Below, piece by piece: positions 1 to 9,551 of a stretch of DNA of 55,219 nucleotides (the first letter of the stretch is position 1; every line of letters starts with the position of its first letter). The stretch is from a virus (taxonomy: Duplodnaviria; Caudoviricetes): positions 1 through 55,219 of the IMG/VR virus record IMGVR_UViG_3300022725_000123; one strand, 5' to 3'. The notes under the pieces were generated by a model. That model saw nothing but the letters and a program-made list of their open reading frames with translations. It searched no databases and had not been told where the DNA came from. The position numbers were made by a program, and so were the translations under genes.

Positions 1-1558
1 GACCCTGTGTGGTATTTTCAGACGCAACTCCATCATAATATGCTTGTTGTTCAGCATATTTTCCTAAAATGTATTCTATTTCTGAAAAAGGATTTACTTG
101 ATTTTTGTTCGCATTAAATACGGATTTACCGCTAATCTTACTTAATCCATCTAATACTTCACCAAAAGAATTTTTTAATTTTATATTATTTAGTGTTGCT
201 ACTTTTGTGATTACAGGTAAATTAATTTCAACTCCTAAGTTTTTTAATTCTTGTATCACTTTAGTATACTCACCCTTAGCTGCCATTTGCTTCAGCTCGT
301 CAATATTAGAAAAAGTAATAGTATCTCCATCAAAGTATTTAGTACTTTTAACACCTTCAAACCACTTATTAAAAGTAATACTAGCTATTGAAGCTTGATC
401 TTTTTCAACTGTTTTAAAATCAACACTCTCCTTATTAACTTTTACTTGGTTTTTATTATATATTTTTTTAGCTTTGTTTAAAGCTACATTGAATTCACGT
501 TTCTTTTCAATCGGTAAATTAGCAAACTTATCAGCAAGTATTTTAAAACCCGGTTTAATATCAGATTGTGAAGCAATTAAAGATTCAATTTCTTTATATA
601 TATCACTATATTCTAATTGACCATTTACATGATTTAAAGTAACAGGGTTGTTACTTAAAAGAGGTTCTAAAATGTTCCATGTTTGGTTAAAAGATTCATA
701 CATTTTAATAGGTAGAAAACTACCATATACAAATGTATTATCGCTTGACATTTTAGGCACACCATATTTAATAAATAATTTTACATTAAGTGTGGCATTA
801 CTTTTTGAGTTTTGAAGAATAGAAGCTTTTTTTACAACTTCACCAATACTTTCAGGATTTTCAATTTCATTTTCTTCTTCTTCTTTTTTAGTAGTATAAG
901 AAAGATTTTTTAATTCAGAAGCAACACTTCTTACAAAGTCTTCTTTATAGGCTTCTAAATAATCAATACCTTCGTTAATATCATCTTCTGTTATATTAAG
1001 ATTAGAATTATTTTCAATTACATCTAAAGAAGATTCATAAATTTCATCTATTATTAAATCAATATTTGCCAATAAAGATTCAGGTTTATCTAAATAAACA
1101 CCTGCTTTTTCTAATGCTTTTTGATTATAGACAATAAAAAACAATAACTGTTCTTGTAATTGTTTAACGATATAAGGATCTATTCCACTAAACCTATTTA
1201 AATTTATGTAACGTTCTTCTCCTTTTTTGTTTACAAAATACTTTAATGTTTTACCATTTCTTTCTACTGTAAAAAGTTTAGGTTCACCTTGACCATTAAC
1301 AAGCTCTAACTCTCTATTTGATAAATCATCTTTTTGCCAATCAAATCCAAGCCATTTCTTAAATTCGTTTGAAAACAAATAGTAGTAATGATACTCTGCT
1401 TGATATTCAACATCTTCTTCTGTAAAGTTTTCTTTTTTTAGTTGCTTTACTTTATCATAAATATCTTCAGCGTAGTATGTTTTAAGGTCTTCGTATAAAT
1501 CAGATACAACCTCTTCACCCGCTTTGTTTTTTATTATATATTGACAATTAAATCCCAT
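1..1558 (-). CDS. 5' part of giant virion (ejection) protein, probably virion RNA polymerase; runs off the window
   Basis: Not in the ORF track. ATG at 1558 overlaps the stop of the 1389-aa ORF. Translates MGFNCQYIIKNKAGEEVVSDLY...SNEFKKWLGFDW..., and the same frame is still open at base 1 (about 519 codons). It is last in the cargo-gene series, as in crAss-like phages. No catalytic DxDxD motif lies within the window. Confidence 0.6.
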   Translation of the reverse strand, partial: MGFNCQYIIKNKAGEEVVSDLYEDLKTYYAEDIYDKVKQLKKENFTEEDVEYQAEYHYYYLFSNEFKKWLGFDWQKDDLSNRELELVNGQGEPKLFTVERNGKTLKYFVNKKGEERYINLNRFSGIDPYIVKQLQEQLLFFIVYNQKALEKAGVYLDKPESLLANIDLIIDEIYESSLDVIENNSNLNITEDDINEGIDYLEAYKEDFVRSVASELKNLSYTTKKEEEENEIENPESIGEVVKKASILQNSKSNATLNVKLFIKYGVPKMSSDNTFVYGSFLPIKMYESFNQTWNILEPLLSNNPVTLNHVNGQLEYSDIYKEIESLIASQSDIKPGFKILADKFANLPIEKKREFNVALNKAKKIYNKNQVKVNKESVDFKTVEKDQASIASITFNKWFEGVKSTKYFDGDTITFSNIDELKQMAAKGEYTKVIQELKNLGVEINLPVITKVATLNNIKLKNSFGEVLDGLSKISGKSVFNANKNQVNPFSEIEYILGKYAEQQAYYDGVASENTTQG

Positions 1559-4500
1559 CACATTTTTTTTCGCTATTCGTTTTTGCATCATCAGGTAAAG
1601 AAGTAAGTCTACTTCCTTTCTTATTTCGCTTTTTATTTTTTATACTTCTTAACCTACTTTGTTTAGACTCGTTTATATTATCTTTACTCATTGTTTCACT
1701 TTTTGAATCAGGTACCACATTTTCTGTAGGTTCCTTGATAGATAACGAATCTTTAGACTCTTTAGTTTCTTCTACCGTTTTATTAATTTTTGATAAAACT
1801 TTTTTACCTATTCCAGATGTAGGTGAGATTTCATTTCCTTGACTTGCACTATTTTCTGTATTATTTATAATTCTATCATCTTCTGTAACAGCATAAGTAA
1901 AAGTTACATCTTTTTTATTTGTTATTGAAACGTTTTCATATGAAATAAAATTACTTTTAATATGTGCTCTGTTAATAAGTTTGGAATCAGTTATCTTTCT
2001 ATTAGTATTACTATTTATTACCGTACCATCTGGCTCAACTATAACAGACCAATTTGAATTCTTATCTTTTTTTAATAAAATTACGTTACTATCTGGTGAA
2101 GTTTCTTGAACGTTAGTAGTTTGCTGCGCTGACTGTGAATCAGTTGCTTCATCTGTCAACTTATTATCTCCTGATTCCTCTTCTAAATTAAGTGACTCTT
2201 CGACAATTTCTTCAGCACCAGTGTATAACCTATAGAAATCAAAAAATAAAGTACCATTACTTTCATTATCTCCTTTTACTTGATCTGGTGTTTTAAATAT
2301 TTTAGGTTTGTCTGAATAAATATATTTATTTGAAATAAGATATTCAACGTAATCAGAATTATGTAATAAGTCTACGGATACATTGTGACGTTTGTTATTT
2401 TTTAGAAACGAAATGATACTTTGTTTACTTGATTCAACGTTTTCCGCAGTAGCTACTAGTGGTGGAAGCTTTTTATTTTCAGAAGGGTTTTCAGAAATTT
2501 CTTCTGGTATTGTAGTACTATAATGTAGAGCTTCTCCTTTTTTTGCAAAATATAATCTTGTTTTAGGATAGTTATGTGTATTTACATTGTTATATACAAA
2601 AAATTCTAAAACTTTAGAATATGTTAAATCACCAAATAATTCTGAATTTACAGGTGATTTACTTTTTAATTCTTCTGAAATTTCATCATTAAATTCTTTA
2701 CCTTCTATTAGTTTTTCTCTTATTACTTCATAAATAAACTCTGCTTGTTCATCATTAAGTTTAGATCTACCTACTGTAAAAGGTACTTCTTTTCCTGTGT
2801 TATCGATAATAGGTATATATATTTCACCCGGTCTACCTCTTTTTGACTTTGTTTTAGTACCAATAAAAAAAGATTTCTTATCTTTATCTCTATATTGACC
2901 TTTTTTATCAGTATATACTATTTCAAACTCTTGACCTACTACATCAGTTAATAAAAATTCACCTGTTTTTTCAGCAAATGGTAATGCTGACTGACCTGTA
3001 ATAGAACCTTTAACTTTAACGTTTGGACCAAATGATTTTATTTTATCTCTAAATTCAGCATAAGTTTTCGATAAAGGTGTTTTTTCAGTTCCTTTTTCGT
3101 ATAAAAAAGTATATACTATTTCTCCATTGTGTTTAACATAAGAACCATCCTCATTTAAAAACCGTACTACAATAGAATCGTATTCATCAGAAGGCTCATA
3201 AGTAAACTCAGGAGTTAAATTTGTTTTATCAAAAGGTTGTTCTAACCACTCTGAAAAAGTAGGATTCATTTCTTTCTTAACAGCTGCAAATACAAGAGAC
3301 TTTTTACCTGTTACATCCTCTCTTTCAACTTGACTAAAATCAGATTCTTCATTTGGTTGATCGTCATTGTTACTTGTTTCAGGATTACTAGATTCTTCAA
3401 CTTTTTTTAGATTTTCTGCTAAATTATCTATTTCAACTTTATTATCAATATATAGTTGCTTTTCTTCAGCAGGTAAAGAACTACTATTTTTATTAGGATC
3501 ATTTAGTGTTTCAGCAATAGATTTAAACTTTTCTTCTTTTATCTTTTTTATTTCTGCTAGTTTATCAGAAATATTTAATTTCATCCCTCTTTCTTCGGCT
3601 TCTTTTTTTACCTCGTAGACATCTTCTTCTTTTGCAGCGTTACTTAACTTAGTTTTAATTTCATTTCTAACAGCTTCCTGCTTTCCTTCACTGGATGTTA
3701 AAAAGTTATTTCGTTTTACTTGTTTATTAAGTAATGATTTATAAGAATCATATTTTGCCAAAGCTGAAATATACTTACTTAAAATATTTTCCTCTCCTTC
3801 TTGCATAAGAGCTTCTTCGATACCTTTATCCATCTCTTTTTCGGTATCTGTTCTTTCATCTTTAAGCTCTGATAATTCATTTTTATAGATTTCTCTAAGT
3901 TTATCTATTTTATTTTTAATCTTTTTTAATGGTACTTCCTTATCTTCAATAGTATCATCCATTAAAACAGACATCATTTCATTATTACTTTGAACGTCTA
4001 ATGCTTTTATTTTTGAATGAATATCTATTTTTTCTTGTGCGTGTGAAGAAAGTTCATTAAAATTAGGAATAGAAGATTTAATATTGTTAATTTCTTGTTG
4101 CTGTAAATCTTTATTTTTAGAATACTCATCAACAAGTAATTCACCATACGCAATTTCAGCTGCTGATGCTCCATATTTATTAGCTAGTTTTAAATATCTT
4201 TCTCGTAATTTTAAAGCATCTTTTTTTAGTTCTGGAAAACTTTCTTTTACTTTATCGGTATCTATTTTAACTTGATGTTTTTCTTCAAGTTCTAGTATCT
4301 CTTCAGGTGTTAAATTTTCAAATCCTTCTAACATTTCTAAATGATTATCAAATCTATCATTATTGATAGCTGAAATAGTCATATAGAGATTAGCAATTTT
4401 TTTATTTATCTCAGGAGATTCTTCGTTACTTATATTTGAAAATAAATCATTTAATAATTTATCACGTTGTTCAAAGTAACGTTTGTTTTGTTTTCTAGCA

Positions 4501-5717
4501 GTTCTTCGATTTACAATATCACCAATACCTTGAAATAAAGCACCACCTAAACCACCCATAACAACAGAATTCCAAAATTCAGAATTCCCAAGCATGTCTC
4601 CATACTTTTCACCTACTGATTCATAATCAACTAATCCATTTTCATAACGAATTCCGTGTTTTGCTGTTTCACCAACATTAAATTGATATGCTTCTTCAAC
4701 TGCTTCTGACGTACTTACTACACCATATTTTTTAAGTGCTTTTCTATATTTATTTTTTCCAGAGAATAATGCTTTCTTAGGAGCTTTGGAAACCATTTTA
4801 CCCGTAAGAGGATTAAATATTTTACCTATTGCTAAATACTGAGGAATATCTTGAAGCAGCATTACCCAGTTTTCATAATATACTTTTTCTGCTGCTTCTC
4901 TAGCAGCTTTTTTTGAAAGACCTTCTTGTAGGAGTTCTTCGTAAATACCAGAAGCTTCCATTGTAGACTCAATCTGTCTTGATAAAACAGCTTGTGAAAC
5001 TCCATTTGCAAGCCATTTTGATTTTTTTGATAATTTTCCTGCTTTAACTAATTTACTTAAAACTCTAGAACCTTTTGATAAATTACCTGCTAACTTTCCA
5101 ACTGCGGAAATAGCTCTTACTGTACCAGCTGCTGGAATAAGCATTGAAAGAGTACTACCTATTGAAATCATAGTTTCAAAAAAATCTTCAGAATCACCAA
5201 ACATAGAACCTCCTTCTTGTGTTTGGTAAATGGGTAAAGTACTATCTCCAAAATCAGTAATAGCTTTACCTATTTCTATTAGAGCGTTTTCAGATTCCAA
5301 TGCAATATTGTTTCCTTTAGCCATTTCAAACAAAGTACCAAAACCACTAATTCCCTTACCTACTACAGTAGTTGCTAATCGACCAGCCGCGTTTGCCCAT
5401 TCATGATGAAAAGGTTGATTTTTACCTCGAATTCTTTCTTGTTTTAAAGGATCATCTAATACACTATAAGGTGTGTTGGTATCATATTGAGATTCACCTG
5501 TTCCACGAATAAAATCTAAACTTACGTTTTCTTGTTCATTTGGAACTTCAATATCTATAGGTTCATCACTTATTTCAATTGAAAACGGTTCTTCTTTAGA
5601 GGTTTCTTCTGGTTCTATATTAGGTGTTTCTACTCCTTCGTCAGATTCAATATCATCAATTTCAATATCTACTTCTTTTTCTGAACCTTGTAATGAATCT
5701 AATTCTTCAATTGTCAT
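1548..5717 (-). CDS. large virion cargo/ejection protein (1389 aa)
   Basis: Acidic N-terminus, Gly/Ala-rich amphipathic segments (EAVEEAYQF, MGGLGGALFQGIG) and a coiled-coil middle; lies in the crAss-like cargo cluster. Confidence 0.6.
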   Translation of the reverse strand: MTIEELDSLQGSEKEVDIEIDDIESDEGVETPNIEPEETSKEEPFSIEISDEPIDIEVPNEQENVSLDFIRGTGESQYDTNTPYSVLDDPLKQERIRGKNQPFHHEWANAAGRLATTVVGKGISGFGTLFEMAKGNNIALESENALIEIGKAITDFGDSTLPIYQTQEGGSMFGDSEDFFETMISIGSTLSMLIPAAGTVRAISAVGKLAGNLSKGSRVLSKLVKAGKLSKKSKWLANGVSQAVLSRQIESTMEASGIYEELLQEGLSKKAAREAAEKVYYENWVMLLQDIPQYLAIGKIFNPLTGKMVSKAPKKALFSGKNKYRKALKKYGVVSTSEAVEEAYQFNVGETAKHGIRYENGLVDYESVGEKYGDMLGNSEFWNSVVMGGLGGALFQGIGDIVNRRTARKQNKRYFEQRDKLLNDLFSNISNEESPEINKKIANLYMTISAINNDRFDNHLEMLEGFENLTPEEILELEEKHQVKIDTDKVKESFPELKKDALKLRERYLKLANKYGASAAEIAYGELLVDEYSKNKDLQQQEINNIKSSIPNFNELSSHAQEKIDIHSKIKALDVQSNNEMMSVLMDDTIEDKEVPLKKIKNKIDKLREIYKNELSELKDERTDTEKEMDKGIEEALMQEGEENILSKYISALAKYDSYKSLLNKQVKRNNFLTSSEGKQEAVRNEIKTKLSNAAKEEDVYEVKKEAEERGMKLNISDKLAEIKKIKEEKFKSIAETLNDPNKNSSSLPAEEKQLYIDNKVEIDNLAENLKKVEESSNPETSNNDDQPNEESDFSQVEREDVTGKKSLVFAAVKKEMNPTFSEWLEQPFDKTNLTPEFTYEPSDEYDSIVVRFLNEDGSYVKHNGEIVYTFLYEKGTEKTPLSKTYAEFRDKIKSFGPNVKVKGSITGQSALPFAEKTGEFLLTDVVGQEFEIVYTDKKGQYRDKDKKSFFIGTKTKSKRGRPGEIYIPIIDNTGKEVPFTVGRSKLNDEQAEFIYEVIREKLIEGKEFNDEISEELKSKSPVNSELFGDLTYSKVLEFFVYNNVNTHNYPKTRLYFAKKGEALHYSTTIPEEISENPSENKKLPPLVATAENVESSKQSIISFLKNNKRHNVSVDLLHNSDYVEYLISNKYIYSDKPKIFKTPDQVKGDNESNGTLFFDFYRLYTGAEEIVEESLNLEEESGDNKLTDEATDSQSAQQTTNVQETSPDSNVILLKKDKNSNWSVIVEPDGTVINSNTNRKITDSKLINRAHIKSNFISYENVSITNKKDVTFTYAVTEDDRIINNTENSASQGNEISPTSGIGKKVLSKINKTVEETKESKDSLSIKEPTENVVPDSKSETMSKDNINESKQSRLRSIKNKKRNKKGSRLTSLPDDAKTNSEKKCDGI

Positions 5718-5718
5718 A

Positions 5719-7866
5719 TTATCGAGTATTGAGGGTTCTTTGAACTAACTTCGATTGAAGCTCGTTTTCTGTGTAAAATAAAAAATCATCTTTAACTTTT
5801 ACAGGTTGAAATACAGCTTTATTACCAGAACCACTTGTTTTTCTGTAACCTTTGTAAACCATACTTGTTCCATCTTTAGTAACAATAGGAACTTTTTTGA
5901 AATACAACGGTACTGTTTGTTTGTTACTTGACGCATATAGTAAAGGAGTCCTAGACATATTTTCTGAAGGATTGTTTATACTAGGAGCTTTTCGTTTTAA
6001 ATCATTAAACTCTCTTAGTAAACCATAACTATTTACATTTCTAGAAGGTACTATGACTTTATAACTACCTTTTTTTGTGTTAACAATCATTTCATGTCCT
6101 CCTGTAAAACTAGAAGGCACATTTGCAAATACTTGGTAACCTGTTTTATCAATACTTTCTATAGTTCTATCATCTCCTTCAAAAAATTTGCTTACTTCTT
6201 CCCCCTCTAATACTACAGGTTCTTTACCTTCCGGTACAACGTACAATTCACCTCTGTTAATCGCACTAAGACTATTTGCATTTTCTAATTCGGTATCTGT
6301 TTCAATCTGATCATGTGAACCTACTTTTTTATCTCTATGTTCGTTCCAATCTTTTTCTAATTCTCTTGAATACTCTGAAACTGTTTGTATAGTATTAAAT
6401 TTTAAACGACTGTCATTATTATTATTATATTGACGTTGATAAGAAATAGCATCTTGATTGTTATCATTCATGTAAGAAGTTAACTTTCTATTTGCTTCTT
6501 GTTCAAGTTCTTCACGAACTTCAGGTGTGATATCTTGAAATTTAAATCCTTTTTCTCGTAATTTTCCAACTATATCGCTTGTCGCTGATGCTAAAAATTT
6601 AGATTCATCTTTTGTTAAACCTATTTCTTTTGCCGCACTTTTATAGAGATCTTTGAGACTTTGTCCTTGTCTTTCTGCCCATCTACTAAGTGCTCCGTCT
6701 TCTAAATAACCATGTATGAAATATTCTTTAAATTCTTTTCTTAAAGTACCATCTTCGTTTAAAAGTCTTCTACGAAGGTCTTTTGAATCACTTGATTTAA
6801 GAATGTCCATAATTTCAACTTCTATTAAATTATCAAGTGTAATGTGGTTACCCTTTTTGTCAACCATTCTTTTAGATATTTTAACAGGGTCGTCTAACTC
6901 TAATTTATTGTCTTCTGATTTAAAACTAATACCATCGTATCCTAATTCTTTACGTACTTTTCCACCTACAATGCCATCAATTTGCCTATTAGTCATATTC
7001 CTTTCACTAATAGTATTACTTATTTTTTGTTCAAAACCTTGCGTTCTAGCAACATTATTAGCAGTAGGTATAACAGTTTCTTTCACAAACTCTTCAACAG
7101 ATTTATCATTAAGAAATGCTTCTTCTTGTATGTAGTTTTTAATTTCTGGGTCGCTGTAACCAGCATTTACTAAATAATTAGTTAATCCATCTATTAATTT
7201 TTGTTGCTCTTCCTTACTTTTACCTTGTAATTCACCAAATTTAAAACTTCTATTGGTTCTTGTATTTGTAAACACTCCTCTCTCAAAGTCAGGTTTGTAT
7301 CCAAGATCTTGAATAATTTCTTTTAAAGGAAGATCTTGCATTATTTTAGTATATTTTTTATTTAAATCTATTTCAGGATTAAGCATTCTACCATCATAGC
7401 GAATATCACCTCTTTCCATTGCTTGCATGGATTCAGCGTCAAACTTAGAAAGCGCTCTAAGCGCTCTACTATCTGTAATATCCTTATTGTCTTTATACCT
7501 TTTTAAAAGCTCTTGTCTTTTAGCTAATGCATTTTTTATTTGTGCAGCTTCTGAATCAGGGCCAAACATCTTTTGTTTAGCATCTTTTAATTTTAATAGT
7601 TCATTAGTAGTATTTATATCTTGAATACCTTGGTCGGTAATTTTACCTACTAAACTATCTATGTTAGAGTTGAAACCCTGTTCTATCTGCTTTGCTCTTT
7701 GTTGATGCCAAGGAAGACTACTTAAATTTTCTTCCATTTTTAAAGCATTGTTTATAGTAGCATCATGCTTTTGTTGTAAAGCCATAGGTACAGTAGCCAA
7801 CTCTTGAAAAGAAAGAGGTTGAAACTGTGATACGGGTACTTGTCTACTTGAATATCTATTCGCCAT
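5719..7866 (-). CDS. virion cargo protein (715 aa)
   Basis: MANRYS...FQPLSFQEL N-terminus typical of crAss-like cargo proteins; synteny. Confidence 0.6.
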   Translation of the reverse strand: MANRYSSRQVPVSQFQPLSFQELATVPMALQQKHDATINNALKMEENLSSLPWHQQRAKQIEQGFNSNIDSLVGKITDQGIQDINTTNELLKLKDAKQKMFGPDSEAAQIKNALAKRQELLKRYKDNKDITDSRALRALSKFDAESMQAMERGDIRYDGRMLNPEIDLNKKYTKIMQDLPLKEIIQDLGYKPDFERGVFTNTRTNRSFKFGELQGKSKEEQQKLIDGLTNYLVNAGYSDPEIKNYIQEEAFLNDKSVEEFVKETVIPTANNVARTQGFEQKISNTISERNMTNRQIDGIVGGKVRKELGYDGISFKSEDNKLELDDPVKISKRMVDKKGNHITLDNLIEVEIMDILKSSDSKDLRRRLLNEDGTLRKEFKEYFIHGYLEDGALSRWAERQGQSLKDLYKSAAKEIGLTKDESKFLASATSDIVGKLREKGFKFQDITPEVREELEQEANRKLTSYMNDNNQDAISYQRQYNNNNDSRLKFNTIQTVSEYSRELEKDWNEHRDKKVGSHDQIETDTELENANSLSAINRGELYVVPEGKEPVVLEGEEVSKFFEGDDRTIESIDKTGYQVFANVPSSFTGGHEMIVNTKKGSYKVIVPSRNVNSYGLLREFNDLKRKAPSINNPSENMSRTPLLYASSNKQTVPLYFKKVPIVTKDGTSMVYKGYRKTSGSGNKAVFQPVKVKDDFLFYTENELQSKLVQRTLNTR

Positions 7867-9466
7867 CTTTGCTAGGTTTTCCTTGATAACTTACGTTACC
7901 TAATAAATTCATTAAATAACCAATTGGCATTTCTTTTAACATTTCCATGTTAAACTGTTCTTTTCCTAATGCACCAGCATTATTACCTAATTCAGCAATT
8001 AAAGATAAAATTCTATCTTTATAAACAGCTCTATCTTGGTCATTCATATTTTCAATAGTCATTGCTACCTGATTATTACGAGCATCTTGTCTAAAATTAG
8101 ATTGTTGTACTCTCGCTTTTTCAGCATTGTTTAATCTATCAATAGATATTCCAGCTTTAGACAATGCATTTTTAGTATTTAAATCAGTACCTAATAAGTT
8201 ACCTGCAAGTGCTCCCGCAGAAGATACATTTTTTTCCAATGAGTCTCTAATAGCGTTACCAGATGATTCGATATCTCGTCTAACACCTTCATCACCAATT
8301 AAGTTTTCTTCAAAGTTTACATCTGTTTGAAACTTAGAAGCTTGTTTAGGTGATGGTTTATCATTTAATTCAGATATTAAAGAACCAATATTAGAAGCTA
8401 TTGGTGCGTATCTCATTAAAGAAGCATAATTATTTCCGTCTTCTGAACCCTCTCCATCGTCGTTTTTACTTTTTAATGCATTATTTCCAATCTGGTTAGA
8501 CGTGTCTATAACAGATCTATCACTATCTAATTTGTTGGGTAGGTCTACAATACTTTCTTTAGTTCTAGTTGAACTAGTTGGTGCTTCACCTGTTACAGTA
8601 ACTTCAGGAAGATTCATAGATTTATTTAATAGTGTACCATAGGTATCAATATTATCTGAAAATCCATCATTATATAATAGAGGGTTCATTATTGAACTTT
8701 CCATTTGTCTTTGATGTTTTTCCAAAGAATTTAAATTAAGTTCCCCTCCGTCTCTAAATTGTTGTGTAGGTTGGTTGTTAAGTTCTACCTCTTTAAATGC
8801 TTCTTGTGCTTTTTTAAGATTTTCTATTTCTTTTTTGTAACCTCTATTAGAGATACTATCATTTGGTCGATCTTTATCGTTAAACATTTTTGAAACGTCT
8901 GCAAATGATTTACCTATTGCTTTTTTAGGTAAATTAAATTCATTAGCTAATGTTTCATTAACCATTAATCTATTTGAAAATATGTAATCACTATCTCGTG
9001 TTTCACCTTCTTCCACAGAAGCATTATTTCCAATAGCTATACCACCATTTGGATTTTGTTCATGTGTTCCACCCGACATGTATTCAGTTAAAGACCCTCC
9101 TTGCGACATCATCATAGGTATTGCGTTGTTTAGTAAATTAGCCCCAGCATCAACACCGGGTTGAGATTGTAAATCTTCTACGTCATTTAATTGGTTTCCT
9201 ATGGTATTACCAACTCCTTTAGCAGCAGTACCTAATCCCGGAACAGCTACATTTAAAGCAGTAGATGTTAACTGTCCCTTTAATCCTGTAAGAGTGTCTC
9301 CAACTTGACCTAATTTTTTATTATTGTACTCACCTGTATCAACTAAATCTTTACCTGTAAGCCCTTCAAATGGAGCTAATGCAGAATCGGTTAAAAACTT
9401 TCCGTAATCTTTTACATAGTCCCCAAACTTGTATTCTTTTTGGTTTTGTTTTTTCTTGTATTTCAT
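7856..9466 (-). CDS. virion cargo protein 1-like (ejection/transmembrane channel protein)
   Basis: GGTHEQNPNGGI...VEEGET..YIFSNRL motif and MSQGG/FRDGG motifs typical of the first crAss-like cargo gene. The likely start is ATG 9466 (MKYKKK), just after a promoter, rather than 9502. Confidence 0.7.
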   Translation of the reverse strand: MKYKKKQNQKEYKFGDYVKDYGKFLTDSALAPFEGLTGKDLVDTGEYNNKKLGQVGDTLTGLKGQLTSTALNVAVPGLGTAAKGVGNTIGNQLNDVEDLQSQPGVDAGANLLNNAIPMMMSQGGSLTEYMSGGTHEQNPNGGIAIGNNASVEEGETRDSDYIFSNRLMVNETLANEFNLPKKAIGKSFADVSKMFNDKDRPNDSISNRGYKKEIENLKKAQEAFKEVELNNQPTQQFRDGGELNLNSLEKHQRQMESSIMNPLLYNDGFSDNIDTYGTLLNKSMNLPEVTVTGEAPTSSTRTKESIVDLPNKLDSDRSVIDTSNQIGNNALKSKNDDGEGSEDGNNYASLMRYAPIASNIGSLISELNDKPSPKQASKFQTDVNFEENLIGDEGVRRDIESSGNAIRDSLEKNVSSAGALAGNLLGTDLNTKNALSKAGISIDRLNNAEKARVQQSNFRQDARNNQVAMTIENMNDQDRAVYKDRILSLIAELGNNAGALGKEQFNMEMLKEMPIGYLMNLLGNVSYQGKPSKDGE

Positions 9467-9471
9467 AGTTA

Positions 9472-9503
9472 CAAATATAATAAAAAAAATGGCATAAGTC
9501 AAA
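9472..9503 (-). promoter_or_regulatory. Bacteroidota-type housekeeping promoter (-33/-7)
   Basis: Minus strand TTTG-N20-TATATTTG, 5 nt upstream of ATG 9466. Confidence 0.75.
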
Positions 9504-9551
9504 TAAATACATATTTAATTTATACCATTTAATAATAGTTTATATATTATT

